Positions 1-10,762 of a stretch of DNA of 64,000 bases are shown here, one piece after another. Each line of letters starts with the position of its first letter. The stretch's first letter is position 1. The notes below the pieces were generated by a model. The model had not been told where the DNA came from, searched no databases, and saw only the letters and a program-made list of their open reading frames with translations. Source of the stretch: an uncultured bacterium (GTDB taxonomy: Bacteria > Patescibacteriota > Minisyncoccia > Phycocordibacterales > DATDWN01); the NCBI GenBank assembly GCA_963727715.1, contig CAVSGX010000006.1, positions 12,632 through 76,631 of the forward strand. Direction: 5' to 3'. The position numbers and the translations under genes are program-made.

Positions 1-21
1 TTCTGCGAAAAATTTTTCAAT

Positions 22-47
22 AAAAATAGGGGACTTATCCCCTATTT
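22..47 (-). terminator. Intrinsic terminator downstream of cupin gene
   Basis: AAATAGGGGA-ctta-TCCCCTATTT hairpin with U-run on the minus strand, just after the cupin stop. Confidence 0.7.
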
Positions 48-84
48 CACTATGTCTCAAATTTTTAAAAACTAATTGGATATA

Positions 85-486
85 TTATTCTGTTGTTGTG
101 CCATCGAATTCTTCTTCATTTGTCTCGGCATCTTTTTTTGTCTCGCGAACAATACCGTCTTTATGATGGGCCGGAGAGTAAATCGTATACATTTTCAGAC
201 TGTCGCTGTCCGATGTATTTATAACATTATGCTGTGAACCACACGGCACAATGATAGTATCGCCGTCCACAACCTCATATTCATTGCCGTTTACAATAAC
301 TTTGCCCTCACCGGATTCAAAACGAAAAAATTGATCATTGTCCGGGTGAACTTCCATACCGATTTCTTCATTTGGCTGAAGCGACATTAAAACAAGTTGC
401 ATATGTTCGGCGGTATAAAGCACTTGGCGAAAATTATTGTTCTCTTTTGTTAAACTTTCAATATTTGCATGATAACCTTTTTTCAT
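85..486 (-). CDS. Cupin domain protein (mannose-6-phosphate isomerase-like)
   Basis: EIGMEVHPDNDQFF...GDTIIVPCGSQHNVIN cupin motifs. Confidence 0.85.
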   Translation of the reverse strand: MKKGYHANIESLTKENNNFRQVLYTAEHMQLVLMSLQPNEEIGMEVHPDNDQFFRFESGEGKVIVNGNEYEVVDGDTIIVPCGSQHNVINTSDSDSLKMYTIYSPAHHKDGIVRETKKDAETNEEEFDGTTTE

Positions 487-533
487 ATTTTTGTTTTTTA
501 GTTTGTAATAAACACTGGTTGATTATAGCACAT

Positions 534-1058
534 TTATTTTTTAAATCGTATCGGTATTTCAAATTGATCGGCATTAGCCGGTAGGCCTGATGGATTGTCC
601 TTTTCCAAGATGATTACCCCTGAATCGGTTGTGGAAGTGGCAAAATATAACAACGCTTTAAATGGCACAAAATTTCCTGTCGTCCAATCACTTTGGGCCT
701 GTGCCGGCACGCTACCGAGCAATTTGCCATTTGCGTCATACATTTTGACTGGAAACGAAGCCTCAAAATACCAATTTCTCGCTTCTCCGTTCAATTGTAA
801 AGGACTTTCCACCGTATCCCCCACTTTTATATTAACATTTTGTACTGACACTTTTTTGGGTGTCGATGTGGCGACTGGACATGGAAAATCACAGTAAGGA
901 CTGACACGATGAACAATAGTCCCATCTAGACAAATTCTTGTTTCTGTTGATGAACAACCCTTGTCCATAATATCTTTAGCCGAATTAAATTTATAAATTT
1001 CAAAACCAACGGCTAAAATAACAACAAGTGCGACTACAATCCAGATTATTTTTTTCAT
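534..1058 (-). CDS. Membrane-anchored protein with Gmad2-type Ig-like domain
   Basis: N-terminal TM; GEARNWYFEASFPV and LEKDNPSGLP motifs. Confidence 0.7.
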   Translation of the reverse strand: MKKIIWIVVALVVILAVGFEIYKFNSAKDIMDKGCSSTETRICLDGTIVHRVSPYCDFPCPVATSTPKKVSVQNVNIKVGDTVESPLQLNGEARNWYFEASFPVKMYDANGKLLGSVPAQAQSDWTTGNFVPFKALLYFATSTTDSGVIILEKDNPSGLPANADQFEIPIRFKK

Positions 1059-1069
1059 ACAGTTCTAGA

Positions 1070-2530
1070 TTAAATATTAATCGCCTTTCTTATTCTGTCC
1101 AAAGTTTCATCTTTACCAAGTATATAAATAAGCGTAAATGGATCTGGACTTTTTTCCTTTCCGGAAAGAGATACTCGAAGTGGCCACAAAACATTCCCCT
1201 TGCCTTCTTTCGTGGCATAATCAAAAATCAGCGATTTTATTTTCTCAATACTTTCAAATGAATTCTCTGTTGCATCTTCAAAAATTTTCAAAACATATTG
1301 CAAATGTTTTTTTGCATCTTCCAAAGAAGAATCTTTCCATTTAAGCATTTCTTTTTCATATTTTGGCCTATTGAGAAAATACTGCAACTCCCCTTCCGAA
1401 ATAAGATTTTCAATATCGCCCCACTTGGAAATATGATCAAAAATCACAGGACACAATCTTTCCATAAATTTTTTATCTTGTAATTTTTCATCATCAATTT
1501 TTCTTGAGAGCCACTCGGAAATTTTCTGGTTTATTTCATTTTTAGGCAAAAGTTTCAGGTGCTCTTTGTTTATCCAATCCAGTTTTTCATCGCTCCATTG
1601 CGCTCCTGATTTTTGAACTTTGGCCAGATCAAAAACAAAAATCAACTCTTCCCTTCCAAAAATCTCCTTTTCTCCACCCGGGTTAAATCCGAGAAAAGCC
1701 AAATAATTTACCATTGTCTCCGACAAATATCCTTCTTTTTCGTAATCCAAAATATCTTTGGCTCCATCACGTTTGCCGAGTTTTCTTTTGCCTCCCTCAC
1801 CCATTATCGGCGGTGTTGTGACGAAAAATGGAGGTGTCGCTCCAAGCGCTTCATAGACAGACAAAAATTTTGGCACGGAAGAAAGAAATTCCTGACCGCG
1901 CACCACATGACTGACACCCATTAAAATGTCATCAACAATATGAGCGAAATTATATGTAGGGAATCCGTCGCTTTTGATCAAAATGAAATCATCCAAAGCT
2001 TCCGGTCCGGCAGAAAGTTCTCCCCAAACAAGATCGGTCCAGGAATATCTTTTTAATTCCGGCACTTTAAATCGCAACGGCTTGCCAACTTCCCATTTTG
2101 ATAAAACGGACGGCCTGTGGTCGCGAAAAAGAAAAGCAACCTTTTGTTCCTCGGCTTTTTTTCTAAATTGTTCAAGTTCGTCTTCACTGTAAGGATCGGC
2201 ATAGGCCAAACCTTTCTCGATAAGTTTTTCGGCGTATTTTATGTAAATCGGCAGTCTCTCCGATTGAACATAAGGCCCATTTGGTCCACCCACATCTGGG
2301 CCCTCATCCCAATCCAGGCCAAGCCAACGCAAAGATTTTTTAATATGGTCTACTGATCCAGAGATCTCTCTTTCCTTGTCTGTATCTTCTATGCGTAAAA
2401 TAAAAGTGCCCTTATTTTTCCGAGCCAAAAGCCAGGCGAAAAGGGCCGTTCGAACTCCTCCAACGTGCATAAAACCGGTTGGCGACGGGGCAAATCTAGT
2501 CACTATTTTTTTGTCAGCGTTTTTCTGCAT
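1070..2530 (-). CDS. gltX: Glutamate--tRNA ligase
   Basis: RFAPSPTGFMHVGG (HIGH), LRIEDTD, KLGKR (KMSKS variant). Confidence 0.95.
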   Translation of the reverse strand: MQKNADKKIVTRFAPSPTGFMHVGGVRTALFAWLLARKNKGTFILRIEDTDKEREISGSVDHIKKSLRWLGLDWDEGPDVGGPNGPYVQSERLPIYIKYAEKLIEKGLAYADPYSEDELEQFRKKAEEQKVAFLFRDHRPSVLSKWEVGKPLRFKVPELKRYSWTDLVWGELSAGPEALDDFILIKSDGFPTYNFAHIVDDILMGVSHVVRGQEFLSSVPKFLSVYEALGATPPFFVTTPPIMGEGGKRKLGKRDGAKDILDYEKEGYLSETMVNYLAFLGFNPGGEKEIFGREELIFVFDLAKVQKSGAQWSDEKLDWINKEHLKLLPKNEINQKISEWLSRKIDDEKLQDKKFMERLCPVIFDHISKWGDIENLISEGELQYFLNRPKYEKEMLKWKDSSLEDAKKHLQYVLKIFEDATENSFESIEKIKSLIFDYATKEGKGNVLWPLRVSLSGKEKSPDPFTLIYILGKDETLDRIRKAINI

Positions 2531-3670
2531 TTATTTTTCATGAGTCAAAGCAATATCCAGAATTTCTTTGGCGATAAGTTTGGCTGAATCACGACGGCTG
2601 AATTTCTTAGCGGCCTCACTCATTTTTCGCAACTCTTCTTTATTATTCATTAATCTATCAATTTCGGAAATCAAAATATGCCCAGTCAGATTTTTTTCTT
2701 CAATCACTTCACAGGCGCCGGTCCCGGCATAAGAATAGGCGTTTGTTTTTTGGTCATGGGAAGTTTTTTCCGGAATAGGAATAATAATACTTGGTATTCC
2801 CCAACTTGCGATTTCAAAAATTGTCGAACCGGCCCGGGAAATAACTATACTAGCAATACCCGCAGCCATTCTCATTGACAAAACGTTAAGATAATCAAAT
2901 GGTTTGTATCTGTCTTTATGTTGACTTTTATTCAAAACAATCTCGGCTGTCTGTTTTATCACCCCTATATTTTTTTTACCAGTTTGATGAATGATTTGAT
3001 ATTTTAAAACAAGATCTGGCAAAATACTCATAATAGCTTCGTTTATGTGTTGTGCTCCTTGAGAACCACCCAAAATAAATATAACCGGTATTTCTGGTTC
3101 CAGATGCAAAAATTCTCTTGCTCCCACTGAAAGTGGTTCCAGAAGTTCTTTACGAACCGGGTTGCCGGTGTAAGCAGTCTTTTCTGCTGGGAAAAATTTG
3201 GCCGACTCTGGGTAAGAAACAGCGATTTTTTTGGCAAATTTGCCCGCCCAAGCGTTGACTTTTCCTGGCTCGGTATCTGATTCGTGAATGACCACGGGGA
3301 TGCCTAAAATCCTAGCCACCAAAAGCGCAGGAAAACTGGCGTAACCGCCTTTGCCGAAAATCACATCTGGATAAATATTGAAAATTGTCACTAGGGCTTT
3401 AATAGCACCCCAAAAAGTTTTAAAAAGATCAAAAAAATTTTTGATAATGTTTTGGACAGAAAAAGATCGACGAATTTTACCAGTGCTGACCTTTTTGAAA
3501 ATTATACCGTTTTCATACAAAAGACCTTCATTGTAATTTTCTGTTGACATATAAAAAAGCTCCGGTCTAAGTATCCGATTTTCTTTGGTTAAAGTGTTTA
3601 ATTCTTCGGCAATGGCTATAATCGGATAAAAATGTCCACCCGAACCACCGCCTGTCAATAATATTTTCAT
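2531..3670 (-). CDS. murG: UDP-GlcNAc:lipid I GlcNAc transferase
   Basis: GGGSGGHFYP, GGYASFP, GNPVR, GGSQGA motifs. Confidence 0.95.
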   Translation of the reverse strand: MKILLTGGGSGGHFYPIIAIAEELNTLTKENRILRPELFYMSTENYNEGLLYENGIIFKKVSTGKIRRSFSVQNIIKNFFDLFKTFWGAIKALVTIFNIYPDVIFGKGGYASFPALLVARILGIPVVIHESDTEPGKVNAWAGKFAKKIAVSYPESAKFFPAEKTAYTGNPVRKELLEPLSVGAREFLHLEPEIPVIFILGGSQGAQHINEAIMSILPDLVLKYQIIHQTGKKNIGVIKQTAEIVLNKSQHKDRYKPFDYLNVLSMRMAAGIASIVISRAGSTIFEIASWGIPSIIIPIPEKTSHDQKTNAYSYAGTGACEVIEEKNLTGHILISEIDRLMNNKEELRKMSEAAKKFSRRDSAKLIAKEILDIALTHEK

Positions 3671-4767
3671 TTTTTTACTTTCACATTTTTTGACACATTC
3701 AGAACGATCCCGACTTCAGCCAAAGTCATAAACAAAGCTGTTCCCCCATGGCTGATGAAAGGTAAAGGAATGCCGGACAAAGGCAAAACTCCAACCATCG
3801 CCCCGATATTCACAAAAGCCTGCGACACAATCATTATAACAATCCCAACCACTATCAGTCTACCATACGGGTCTGTTACATTACCGGCGATTTTCAACCC
3901 ACGAAAAGCAAAAAATATGAAAAGGAAGATGATAAAAATAGCTCCAATGAACCCAAACTCTTCCGAAGCCACAGAAAAAATGGAATCGCCAATTGATTCC
4001 GGCAGAAAGTTGAATTTTTGAATGCTTTGACCGAATCCCCTACCGGAGAGGCCTCCGGATCCTATGGCGATAAGAGATTGTCCTATCTGATATCCGCTAG
4101 TCAACGAATTTTCTCCGGGATTTAAAAATGTTTCAAAACGACTCATGACATAAGGTCTTTCCACGGCGATAACTCCTAAACCAATCACCCCAATTATGGC
4201 CAACAAAAAAATATATCGCCATTTTCCTCCAGCAGTCAAAAAAATGGCGATGCCGGCGAAAAAAGTTATAAGAAAAGTGTCAGTGTCCGGTTGTTTTAAA
4301 AGAATTAAACCAACAATGGCGCTTAAAATAACAAAAGGCAAAAAACCATGTTTAAAAGTTCTAGCCTTGTCTTTGAGCCCGAGCCAAGCCGACAAATACA
4401 TAATGTAACCGATCTTCAAAAGTTCCGATGTTTGGAATGACAATGACCCGATGTAAATCCAGCGAGCTGCGCCACCGTGGGCTGAACCAATATGAGGGAC
4501 AAAAACCAAAAGAGTGGCAAGTATTGACAAAACAAAAATAAAAAAACTGTATTTATGATAAAGCTTGTAATTAATCTTGGAAGCAATGATACAAGCTAAA
4601 ATTCCGAAGAAGAGTCCAAAAAAAGTCTGATTGAAAGAGGCGCTAGAATATGTTGCGCTACTTCTAACCAAAAGCCCAAGCGAAGCTGAAGAAAAAATCA
4701 AAAAACCCAAGACAACCAATATGGCGACAGAGATTAGAAACGGCATGTCAACTTTTAAACTGTGCAT
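3667..4767 (-). CDS. ftsW: SEDS family peptidoglycan polymerase
   Basis: GAARWI, FQTSELLK, QPD, EEFGFIG, LPFISHGG; sits between mraY and murG. Confidence 0.9.
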   Translation of the reverse strand: MHSLKVDMPFLISVAILVVLGFLIFSSASLGLLVRSSATYSSASFNQTFFGLFFGILACIIASKINYKLYHKYSFFIFVLSILATLLVFVPHIGSAHGGAARWIYIGSLSFQTSELLKIGYIMYLSAWLGLKDKARTFKHGFLPFVILSAIVGLILLKQPDTDTFLITFFAGIAIFLTAGGKWRYIFLLAIIGVIGLGVIAVERPYVMSRFETFLNPGENSLTSGYQIGQSLIAIGSGGLSGRGFGQSIQKFNFLPESIGDSIFSVASEEFGFIGAIFIIFLFIFFAFRGLKIAGNVTDPYGRLIVVGIVIMIVSQAFVNIGAMVGVLPLSGIPLPFISHGGTALFMTLAEVGIVLNVSKNVKVKK

Positions 4768-4769
4768 GT

Positions 4770-5828
4770 TTAGCTAATTAACACAATTATGACACCAATG
4801 ATGGCAAAGACAACACTGACAATCCAATAGCGCATGACCACTTTTTCGCGCGACCAGCCGATCGCTTCAAAATGATGATGCAGAGGAGCGACTCTAAAAA
4901 CTCGCCGATGGCCGAAGTATTTATAGGAAATAACTTGAGCGATAACTGAAAGCGAAGTAATGACTAGTGGTAGGGCGATGATCGGTAAAATCATAACCGA
5001 GTTGGTCAAAAAAGCGATTACAGAAAGTGTGACTGTCAAACCAAGAATGCCAGTTTCTCCCATATAAAAACGGGCCGGTGGAATATTAAACCAAAGAAAA
5101 GCCAATATCCCACCACCGATCACGGCGCATAAAGCGGCAATGTCGATCTGGTTGTGCACGAAAGCAATAACGGCGTAGGCGGTAAAAATAGTGGCCATTA
5201 CTCCACCGGAAAGTCCGTCTAAACCATCGATTACACTAGTGGAAAAAACAGCCAGCATGACAATAATAAAAAACGGAATAAACATCCAACCTAAATTGAT
5301 ATCGTACCAAAACGGGATATGAATCATTGTCGCTCCAAGTTTGAAATAAAACCACAAGCTGATGGCAAGGCCGATAATGGTTATAAGACCAACTTTGACT
5401 CGACGATAGACTATGCTGTCTTTGGCATAAGCGCCTTTGCCGATGATCTGCAAGGTGTCATCAATCAAACCTATAAGCGAGGCCAAAATAAGCGCCGCAA
5501 GCGGAATAAGCGTTTGACTGCGACTGAAAAAATTCAATTTTTCAGTCAAAGTGGTCGGGAATATTTCCGATATCAAAAAAATTATCGCGACTGTCAGCAA
5601 AACTGAAATCCAAATAATCACCCCCCCAACTCGCGGAGTTGACAACTCACCTTTTGTGTTATGTACTTTAGCAAAATCGTCGCAAGTAATATCCCCTGCC
5701 TCGGTCCGCGGTGATTTCTTCCACATCTTGTATTTGTAGAAAAAGTTGGTGAAAAAAGGTGTGATCAAGACACCTATAAAGAAGGTCAAAACGGATGGCA
5801 CAATGACTTTTAAAACATTGATTATCAT
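4770..5828 (-). CDS. mraY: Phospho-MurNAc-pentapeptide transferase
   Basis: TPRVGG, DD, DGLDGL, YMGETG, APLHHHFE. Confidence 0.95.
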   Translation of the reverse strand: MIINVLKVIVPSVLTFFIGVLITPFFTNFFYKYKMWKKSPRTEAGDITCDDFAKVHNTKGELSTPRVGGVIIWISVLLTVAIIFLISEIFPTTLTEKLNFFSRSQTLIPLAALILASLIGLIDDTLQIIGKGAYAKDSIVYRRVKVGLITIIGLAISLWFYFKLGATMIHIPFWYDINLGWMFIPFFIIVMLAVFSTSVIDGLDGLSGGVMATIFTAYAVIAFVHNQIDIAALCAVIGGGILAFLWFNIPPARFYMGETGILGLTVTLSVIAFLTNSVMILPIIALPLVITSLSVIAQVISYKYFGHRRVFRVAPLHHHFEAIGWSREKVVMRYWIVSVVFAIIGVIIVLIS

Positions 5829-7663
5829 GATTTATTTTTGTTTTCTATGAAAATATCATACCACAGAGCCAGCATAAGCAAAGCGTAGATTTTGCGGGAA
5901 TTGTCGGCTGATTTTGCGATGTGATCGTCGATCAGTTTTTGAATATAAATAGTGTTCATTTTCTGTTTGATATATGAATTTTTCAAAATTGTGTCGTAAA
6001 CACTTTGTCGGTCAGCCGTAAACCAGTCGCGAACAGGTGTCGGAAAGCCCAGTTTTTTCCTGTTGCGAGTTTCTTCCGGAATGACATCTTTGAACGCCTC
6101 TCGCAGAAGATATTTTGTCGTCCCACCACGCCATTTGAAATTATCCGGCAAAGTTTTGGCAAGGTCGGCCACGACGGTGTCCAAAAAAGGTACGCGCAGT
6201 TCTAAGGAGTTTGCCATTGTCATTTTGTCGGCCTTGGCCAAGATGTCGCCGATGAGCCAAGTGTTTATATCTATATATTGCATTTTGATTGAATCGCTCC
6301 AACCGTCGGTTTTTTTGTAAATAGAATCAAGCGAAAAAGTTTTTTCCGGTGTGGCTTTCCAAAGTTTTTTCAAATCATCTTGCTTGAAAATGGAAGCGTT
6401 GCCAATATACCAGTCAGAAAGTTTGCTTACGGCTCGGTGAATGTAATTTTTACCGAAAAATTCAAAAGGAATTTTCAAAAATAATTTCAGAAAATATTTT
6501 GGTAGCCAGGAAATTTTGCGATAAGCGTACGGCGCGAGATAGATGTTGTATCCGCCAAAGAGTTCATCACTTCCCTCTCCGGAAAGGACAACGGTGACAT
6601 GTTTGCGCGCTTCGCGAGCCACAAAATAGAGCCCGATTGCCGACGGATCGGCCACCGGTTCGTCGAAATGCCAGACGGCTTTAGACAAAATATCAAAATA
6701 TTCGTCCGGTCCGATTTTGATTTCGGTGTGGTCCGTTTCCAAAAAATCAGATGTCTGACTGGCTTCCCTACCCTCTGTCAATGTATCAAAGCCAACCGTG
6801 AAGGTTTTAATCTTTTTATCCCCGCGGACTTCCTGCATCAATGTGGCAATGATTGACGAATCCACTCCGCCGGAAAGAAACGCCCCAACAGGCACATCGG
6901 CAATCATATGATGCGTCACTGAATCCCGCATTGTCTCCTTGATTTTTCCAGCAGTTTTTTTCTCATCCAGTTTTTCGTTCGGAGCAAACTCAAACGACCA
7001 ATATTTTTTCATTTCCGACTCCCCTGTTTTCAAATCAATTTTTAAAAAATGCGCCGGTGGAAGCTTCCAAACTCCTTTGAAAAAAGTTTGATCAAGCGGG
7101 TTGTACTGGAAAGAAAGATAATTGTAAACAGCTTCGTCGTTCGCTTCAGCTTTAAATCCCGGGACATCCAAAAAACTTTTTATTTCCGAACTGAATGCCG
7201 TGATTTTCTGTCCGACTTTCAAATAATAAAGTGGCTTGATGCCGAAAAAGTCGCGAGCCAGAAAAATTTTTTTTGTTTCCGTATTGTAAATGCAAAAAGC
7301 AAACATTCCACGCAGTCGCGGAAGCATCGCTTCGCCGTAGGTGATGTACATTTGCAAAATAACTTCAGTGTCGCTGTGTGTATTCATTTTGACGCCGAGC
7401 TTGACCAACTCATCTCGTAGTTCTTTGTAGTTGTAAATCTCGCCGTTGAAAAAAATTAGCCACTTTCTGTTCTCCGAAAAAATCGGTTGCTGTCCAGTGG
7501 ACAGGTCAATAATGGAAAGTCGTCTCATTCCGAGGCCCACAAAATCGTCGCAAAAAAAACCGTCCTCGTCCGGTCCTCTATGTAAAATTCTCTTGACCAT
7601 CCGGTCAATGATTTGCTCCCTATTTTCCGCCTTTGGATCAATAGTTCCGGCAATTCCACACAT
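5825..7663 (-). CDS. asnB: Asparagine synthase-like glutamine-hydrolysing amidotransferase
   Basis: N-terminal MCGI, HRGPD, NGEIYN, LSGGVDSS, SGEGSDELFGGY, ELRVPFLD. Confidence 0.9.
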   Translation of the reverse strand: MCGIAGTIDPKAENREQIIDRMVKRILHRGPDEDGFFCDDFVGLGMRRLSIIDLSTGQQPIFSENRKWLIFFNGEIYNYKELRDELVKLGVKMNTHSDTEVILQMYITYGEAMLPRLRGMFAFCIYNTETKKIFLARDFFGIKPLYYLKVGQKITAFSSEIKSFLDVPGFKAEANDEAVYNYLSFQYNPLDQTFFKGVWKLPPAHFLKIDLKTGESEMKKYWSFEFAPNEKLDEKKTAGKIKETMRDSVTHHMIADVPVGAFLSGGVDSSIIATLMQEVRGDKKIKTFTVGFDTLTEGREASQTSDFLETDHTEIKIGPDEYFDILSKAVWHFDEPVADPSAIGLYFVAREARKHVTVVLSGEGSDELFGGYNIYLAPYAYRKISWLPKYFLKLFLKIPFEFFGKNYIHRAVSKLSDWYIGNASIFKQDDLKKLWKATPEKTFSLDSIYKKTDGWSDSIKMQYIDINTWLIGDILAKADKMTMANSLELRVPFLDTVVADLAKTLPDNFKWRGGTTKYLLREAFKDVIPEETRNRKKLGFPTPVRDWFTADRQSVYDTILKNSYIKQKMNTIYIQKLIDDHIAKSADNSRKIYALLMLALWYDIFIENKNKS

Positions 7664-7765
7664 AATGACAGTATATAATATTTAGGCCGATAAACAAAAT
7701 CTGTCGTGCGGACTTGACTTTAAAGATGATGTATGATAATTTTTTATTGGGAGAAACGATACACC

Positions 7766-8110
7766 ATGTCTTGGAAGTGGTTTAGTTTTGGGGTAGTTTC
7801 GGCTGCCACCATTACTTTGATCATTGAACTTGTTCCAAAAATGATTGGATTTGGTATACTCGTCATTTTTTTCGTAAGCGGTCTCATTGGTATGGGTATC
7901 GCTATTGGTTCAAATGCAGGCCGGGGTCGGTGGGCAAAACGATCCTGGGAGTATAACGCAATATCTTTTGTTTTATCAGGCGGTGTTTCCGATAATGATC
8001 ACCCAATTCTAACCAAAAAATATCCACATCTTGGTGGATTCATGACTGGTTATGCAATCATTGGTGGAATTGGTATCTTTTTTAACATAATGAATATGTT
8101 GGGAAATTAG
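7766..8110 (+). CDS. Orphan membrane protein (stand-alone cassette)
   Basis: Three hydrophobic segments; TTGACT-17-TAATTT promoter at 7714-7742; GGGAG SD; ATG 7766. Confidence 0.6.
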   Translation: MSWKWFSFGVVSAATITLIIELVPKMIGFGILVIFFVSGLIGMGIAIGSNAGRGRWAKRSWEYNAISFVLSGGVSDNDHPILTKKYPHLGGFMTGYAIIGGIGIFFNIMNMLGN

Positions 8111-8118
8111 AATTTATC

Positions 8119-8153
8119 AAAAAGCCTAGCGAGTTGCTTAGGCTTTCTTTTTT
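8119..8153. terminator. Bidirectional intrinsic terminator
   Basis: AAAGCCTA...TAGGCTTT hairpin flanked by A- and T-runs between convergent genes. Confidence 0.65.
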
Positions 8154-8212
8154 ACAAAAAATCTTCCGTTTTTGGTGGAAAATTTTTGTTTTTACTCTCT
8201 ACTTTCTACCCA

Positions 8213-10135
8213 TTACTTATTATCTTCAGGTTTCTTCTCCTCAAAATCCGCGTCTCTCACTGGACCTTCGCCTTCTTTAGGTGGGGTTTGGCCTCCTTGC
8301 GACTGCGCTTGTTCCTGTGCGAATTTGTTCAGAATTTCACCGATTTTGGAAAGCTCGGTGGACAGATCAGATGTAGATTTTTTAATCAGCTCCATATCCT
8401 CGCCATCTTTGGCTTTTTTCAAATCAGTGATTTTATTTTCAATTGAAACTCTCAACTCGGCCGGCACTTTCTCTCCTGCGTCGCGCAGAGATTTTTCCGA
8501 AGTGTAGATGAGTTGTTCACCGATGTTTTTGGCCTCGGCCAAATCGCGCTTTTTCTGGTCGTCGGCAGCGTGAGCTTCGGCGTCCTTCTGCATTTTCTCA
8601 ATGTCTTCTTTTGACAAGCCGGAGCGAGCTTCAATGCGGATGGACTGTTCCTTGCCAGTAGCTTTGTCCTTGGCTTTAACAGCCAAGATGCCGTTGGCGT
8701 CCACATCAAATGTCACCTCAATCTGTGGCATACCGCGAGGGGCTGGCGGAATGCCGTCGAAGATAAATCGCCCAAGTGTTTTGTTGTCGCCCGCCATGGC
8801 TCGCTCACCTTGCACGATGTGAATTTCCACAGACGTCTGATTGTCCGAGGCTGTGGAGAAAATTTGCGAACGCGATGCCGGGATGGTGGTGTTGCGTTCT
8901 ATCAGTTTCGTCGCCACCGAGCCCATCGTCTCAATGCCGAGCGAAAGCGGAATGACATCCAGAAGCAAAACATCTTTGACATCGCCGGCCATAATTCCAC
9001 CTTGAATGGCCGCGCCGAGAGCCACCACTTCGTCCGGATTGATGGACTTGTTCGGTTCCTTGCCGAAAAATTCTTTGACCCTTTCAGCCATTTTCGGCAT
9101 GCGGGTTTGCCCGCCGACCAGAATGACTTCGTTTATTTGCGCCGTTGAGTAGCCGGAAGCATCCATCGCTCGTTTGGTTATCATCATGGCTCGATCAATG
9201 AATTCCGCGCAAAGCTCTTCCAGTTTGGCTCGAGAAAGCTTGATCAGCAAGTGTTTCGGGCCGGAGGCGTCCGAGGTGATGAACGGGATGTTGATTTCCG
9301 ACTCCATAGCGCTGGAAAGCTCAATTTTGGCCTTCTCAGCCGCTTCGTCGAGGCGTTGCAGGGCCAGCATATCCGTGCGCAAATCAATGCCTGATTCCTT
9401 TTTGAATTCATCGGCCAAGTAGTTTATGATTTTCTGATCAATATCTTTTCCGCCGAGATGTGAGTCGCCATCAGTTGATTTGACTTTAATGTCGCCACCA
9501 ACTTCATCCACATCCACTTCCAAAATGGAAACATCAAATGTTCCGCCACCGAAGTCAAAGACCACGATTTTTTCATCCTTGTGGTTTTTATCAAATCCGT
9601 AAGCCAGCGCCGCAGCGGTCGGCTCGTTGATGATGCGTTTGACATCGAGGCCGGCGATTTGTCCGGCATCTTTGGTGGCCTGTCTTTGCGAATCGTTGAA
9701 ATAAGCCGGCACGGTGATGATGGCTTCTGTTACCTTCTGGCCGAGTTTGGCCTCGGCATCGGTTTTCAGTTTTCCGATAATCATGGCCGAAATTTCCTCC
9801 GGCGTGTATTCCTTGTCGTTCATTTTGACTTTGACCCCGCCGGTGCCGGATTTCAAAACTTCAAACGGCACAATGGCTTTGTCTTTCTGCACGCCCGGAT
9901 CGTCAAATGTGTGGCCGATAAAGCGTTTGATGCCGAAAATGGTGTTTTTCGGGTTAGTCACGGCCTGACGCTTGGCCAAAAGCCCGACAATTCTCTCCCC
10001 TGTTTTGGAGATAGCCACAATGGACGGCGTTGTCCGCGCACCCTCGGCGTTCTCCAATATTTTTGGAGCTCCAACTTCCATGACTGCCACTGCGGAATTT
10101 GTGGTACCTAGATCGATCCCAATAATTTTACTCAT
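8213..10135 (-). CDS. dnaK: Hsp70 chaperone
   Basis: [35 protein letters not shown]. Confidence 0.98.
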   Translation of the reverse strand: MSKIIGIDLGTTNSAVAVMEVGAPKILENAEGARTTPSIVAISKTGERIVGLLAKRQAVTNPKNTIFGIKRFIGHTFDDPGVQKDKAIVPFEVLKSGTGGVKVKMNDKEYTPEEISAMIIGKLKTDAEAKLGQKVTEAIITVPAYFNDSQRQATKDAGQIAGLDVKRIINEPTAAALAYGFDKNHKDEKIVVFDFGGGTFDVSILEVDVDEVGGDIKVKSTDGDSHLGGKDIDQKIINYLADEFKKESGIDLRTDMLALQRLDEAAEKAKIELSSAMESEINIPFITSDASGPKHLLIKLSRAKLEELCAEFIDRAMMITKRAMDASGYSTAQINEVILVGGQTRMPKMAERVKEFFGKEPNKSINPDEVVALGAAIQGGIMAGDVKDVLLLDVIPLSLGIETMGSVATKLIERNTTIPASRSQIFSTASDNQTSVEIHIVQGERAMAGDNKTLGRFIFDGIPPAPRGMPQIEVTFDVDANGILAVKAKDKATGKEQSIRIEARSGLSKEDIEKMQKDAEAHAADDQKKRDLAEAKNIGEQLIYTSEKSLRDAGEKVPAELRVSIENKITDLKKAKDGEDMELIKKSTSDLSTELSKIGEILNKFAQEQAQSQGGQTPPKEGEGPVRDADFEEKKPEDNK

Positions 10136-10184
10136 ATTTTTTAATTTAATTAGATTTGTAAAACAAACAATAAATAACCACTGA

Positions 10185-10357
10185 GTAAAATCTCCAGAAG
10201 AATTTCATTTTTGGAGGCTCCACAGGCACGGAGCACGGTTCTGTCAACGACCCGAGCAAAGCGAGGGCTCTTGACAGATCCGTGCCGAGGACAGCCGAGA
10301 ATGCCCGCTGGGGCATTTGAGGTTACTCCAAAAATGAAATTCTTCTGGAGATTTTAC
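10185..10357 (+). repeat. Structured palindromic repeat, family A copy 1
   Basis: Perfect 32-bp terminal inverted repeat (10185-10216/10326-10357); core shared with 11596-11761 and 53483-53674. Confidence 0.85.
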
Positions 10358-10366
10358 GATCGCAAA

Positions 10367-10669
10367 TTATAAAGTGGGCGCTCGAGGTTTAGAACCAGAA
10401 AAATATAAAATATCAAAATTAAAATAAGGTGAGACGATTTTGTTTTTGAAAATAACTTTGATCGGATATTTTTTCTCCAACTTGAAACCAGTCAGAACTG
10501 GAATTTTATTTTCTATTTCTCTGTATTCCTCCAAATAAACCGCGTTTAAAAGTCGCGCGCGGATGTGTCCACCGTTTTCATACACACAAAAAGACAGCCG
10601 AACCAGTCGCCCATCGGCGTCTCGCACCACCCTCTCCACAAAATTTCCTCTCGATCGTGTGATTTGCAT
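10367..10669 (-). CDS. Hypothetical protein upstream of dnaK, C-terminal PRAPTL
   Basis: 100-aa ORF co-oriented with grpE/dnaK, preceded by TGCTATAAT. Confidence 0.65.
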   Translation of the reverse strand: MQITRSRGNFVERVVRDADGRLVRLSFCVYENGGHIRARLLNAVYLEEYREIENKIPVLTGFKLEKKYPIKVIFKNKIVSPYFNFDILYFSGSKPRAPTL

Positions 10670-10762
10670 GTTTTTTGTATAGAAATTATAGCATTTTTTC
10701 TATCTTGCAAAACTTGACATAATTATTACAATTTGCTTTAATATATACAGAGGAACAAAAAA

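Noticed and set aside
8172-10184. Long antisense ORFs over dnaK, and similar ones over mreB, asnB and the kinase
   Set aside because: Shadow frames of conserved genes caused by codon bias
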